Of a stretch of 64,000 bases of DNA, positions 62,070 to 64,000 are shown in pieces. A model generated the notes under the pieces. That model had not been told where the DNA came from, did no database searches, and saw only the letters and a program-made list of their open reading frames with translations. The position numbers and the translations under genes were made by a program. How positions within the stretch are numbered: the first letter of the stretch is position 1; each line of letters starts with the position of its first letter. The stretch covers positions 79,298,001 to 79,362,000 of the forward strand of contig OZ024743.1 of the NCBI GenBank assembly GCA_964016885.1. Direction: 5' to 3'. Source of the stretch: Eledone cirrhosa. Its lineage: Eukaryota.

Positions 62070-63340
62070 CGTACTCTCTGTCACTTAACACCACAAAAGA
62101 CTGGACTCCTGTCCAAGGAGAATCTCGTACTCTCAGTCACTTAACACCACAAAGACTGACCTCCTGTCCAGAAGTAATCTCGTACTCTGTCACTTAACAC
62201 CACAAAAGACTGGACTCCTGTCCAAGAAGGAATCTCGTACTCTCAGTCACTTAACACCACAAAAGACTGGACTCCTGTCCAAGAAGGAATCTCGTACTCT
62301 CAGTCACTTAACACCACAAAGACTGACCTCCTGTCAAGAAGTAATCTCGTACTTCTGTCACTTAACACCACAAAAGACTGGACTCCTGTCCAAGAAGGAA
62401 TCTCGTACTCTCAGTCACTTAACACCACAAAAGACTGGACTCCTGTCCAAGAAGGAATCTCGTACTCTCAGTCACTTAACACCACAAAGACTGACCTCCT
62501 GTCCAAGAAGTAATCTCGTACTCTGTCACTTAACACCACAAAAGACTGGACTCCTGTCCAAGAAGGAATCTCGTACTCTCAGTCACTTAACACGCACAAA
62601 AGACTGCCCTCACTGTCAAGAAGGATTCACGTACTCTCAGTCACTTAACACCACAAAAGACTGACCTCCTGTCCAAGAAGGAATCTCGTACTCTCAGTCA
62701 CTTAACACCACAAAAGACTGGACTCCTGTTGAAGAAGTAATCTCGTACTCTCAGTCACTTAACACCACAAAAGACTGACCTCCTGTCCAAGAAGCAATCT
62801 CGTACTCTCAGTCACTTAACACCACAAAAGACTGACCTCCTGTCCAAGAAGCAATCTCGTACTCTCAGTCACTTAACATCACAAAAGACTGACCGCCTGT
62901 CCAAGAAGCAATCCTGTACTCTCAGTCACTTAACACCACACAAGACTGGACTTCTGTCCAAGAAGCAATCTCGTACTCTCAGTCACTTAACACCACAAAA
63001 GACTGACCCTGTCCAAGAAGCAATCTCGTACTCTCAGTCACTTAACACCACAAAAGACTGGACTTCCTGTCCAAGAAGCAATCTCGTACTCTCAGTCACT
63101 CAACACCACAAAAGACTGACCTCCTGTCCAAGAAGCAATCTCGTACTCTCAGTCACTTAACACCACAAAAGACTGGACTCCTGTCCAAGAAGCAATCTCG
63201 TACTCCTCAGTCACTTAACACCACAAAAGACTGACCTCCTGTCCCAAGAAGCAATCTCGTACTCTCAGTCACTTAACACCACAAAAGACTGGACTCCTGT
63301 CCAAGAAGCAATCTCGTACTCTCAGACACTTAACACCACA
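62070..63340. repeat. ~22 x 57-bp tandem repeat derived from a SINE tail
   Basis: Unit GACTGGACTCCTGTCCAAGAAGGAATCTCGTACTCTCAGTCACTTAACACCACAAAA; compare 5789-5850. Confidence 0.92.
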
Positions 63341-63579
63341 TGGAGCGACCTCAGTACAGGTTTGTTACATGATATATGGAGCACAATAATGGTATATAAT
63401 ATATTAATTGTTTCTACTTTTGGTACAAGGCCAGCAATTATAATGCATAGATAATATATAATATATAAACTTAAATCAAAATATATATATGTATATATAT
63501 AAAATATAATGTAATGCATTTATAATATTATACACGCACGTATACACATTTATACGTACATAATACTTACTTACAGACA

Positions 63580-63580
<1 letters not shown>

Positions 63581-63678
<98 letters not shown>

Positions 63679-63750
63679 CATATATATATATATACATATA
63701 CATACATACACACACTGAAACAGACACACACACAGACACACACACACACA
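63581..63750. repeat. (CA)n microsatellite
   Basis: Read directly. Confidence 0.95.
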
Positions 63751-64000
63751 TATATACATGTGATAATGCGTATATAATGTATAAAATACATACGACATAC
63801 ACATAAGATACTATCTAATATAATGGTAATGACCTATATGTTATAATATGTAATGGTGAGATGTAATAATTACGGCAGTTGATTATAGAGGTTTTAACAT
63901 CCAGTCTCTCAACTGGAGGACATAGAAACTGATTGATAACATCTCAAACAACCACCACGTACCACCACCACTAACACACACCACCACTAACACTACCACT

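Overview
AT-rich, repeat-dense animal genomic DNA. The microsatellite, SINE and RTE/CR1/CRE content suggests a mollusc, probably an octopus; this is inference from composition only. Two host genes are supported: a single-coding-exon ARL4-type small GTPase (199..777, +) and a two-coding-exon MRPS34 (39212..39397 joined to 46123..46446, +). The rest is LINE fragments (RTE with an internal PHD finger, Rex3-like RTE, CR1, CRE), several tRNA-derived SINEs, MITEs, very long (TA)n tracts and an 11.4-kb satellite of 439 x 26 bp. The most unusual signals: (1) several families of short asymmetric hairpin elements carrying hammerhead-ribozyme cores, one intact-looking core lying just downstream of ARL4; (2) Arg in place of the catalytic Gln in ARL4; (3) head/core/tail swapping between SINEs and RTE LINEs; (4) repeated birth of 48-65 bp tandem arrays from internal TE segments, one of which puts 11 AATAAA hexamers behind MRPS34; (5) a satellite with no net indel and a ~56-58-unit higher-order repeat. 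All calls were made by eye, with no database searches, and repeat boundaries are approximate.
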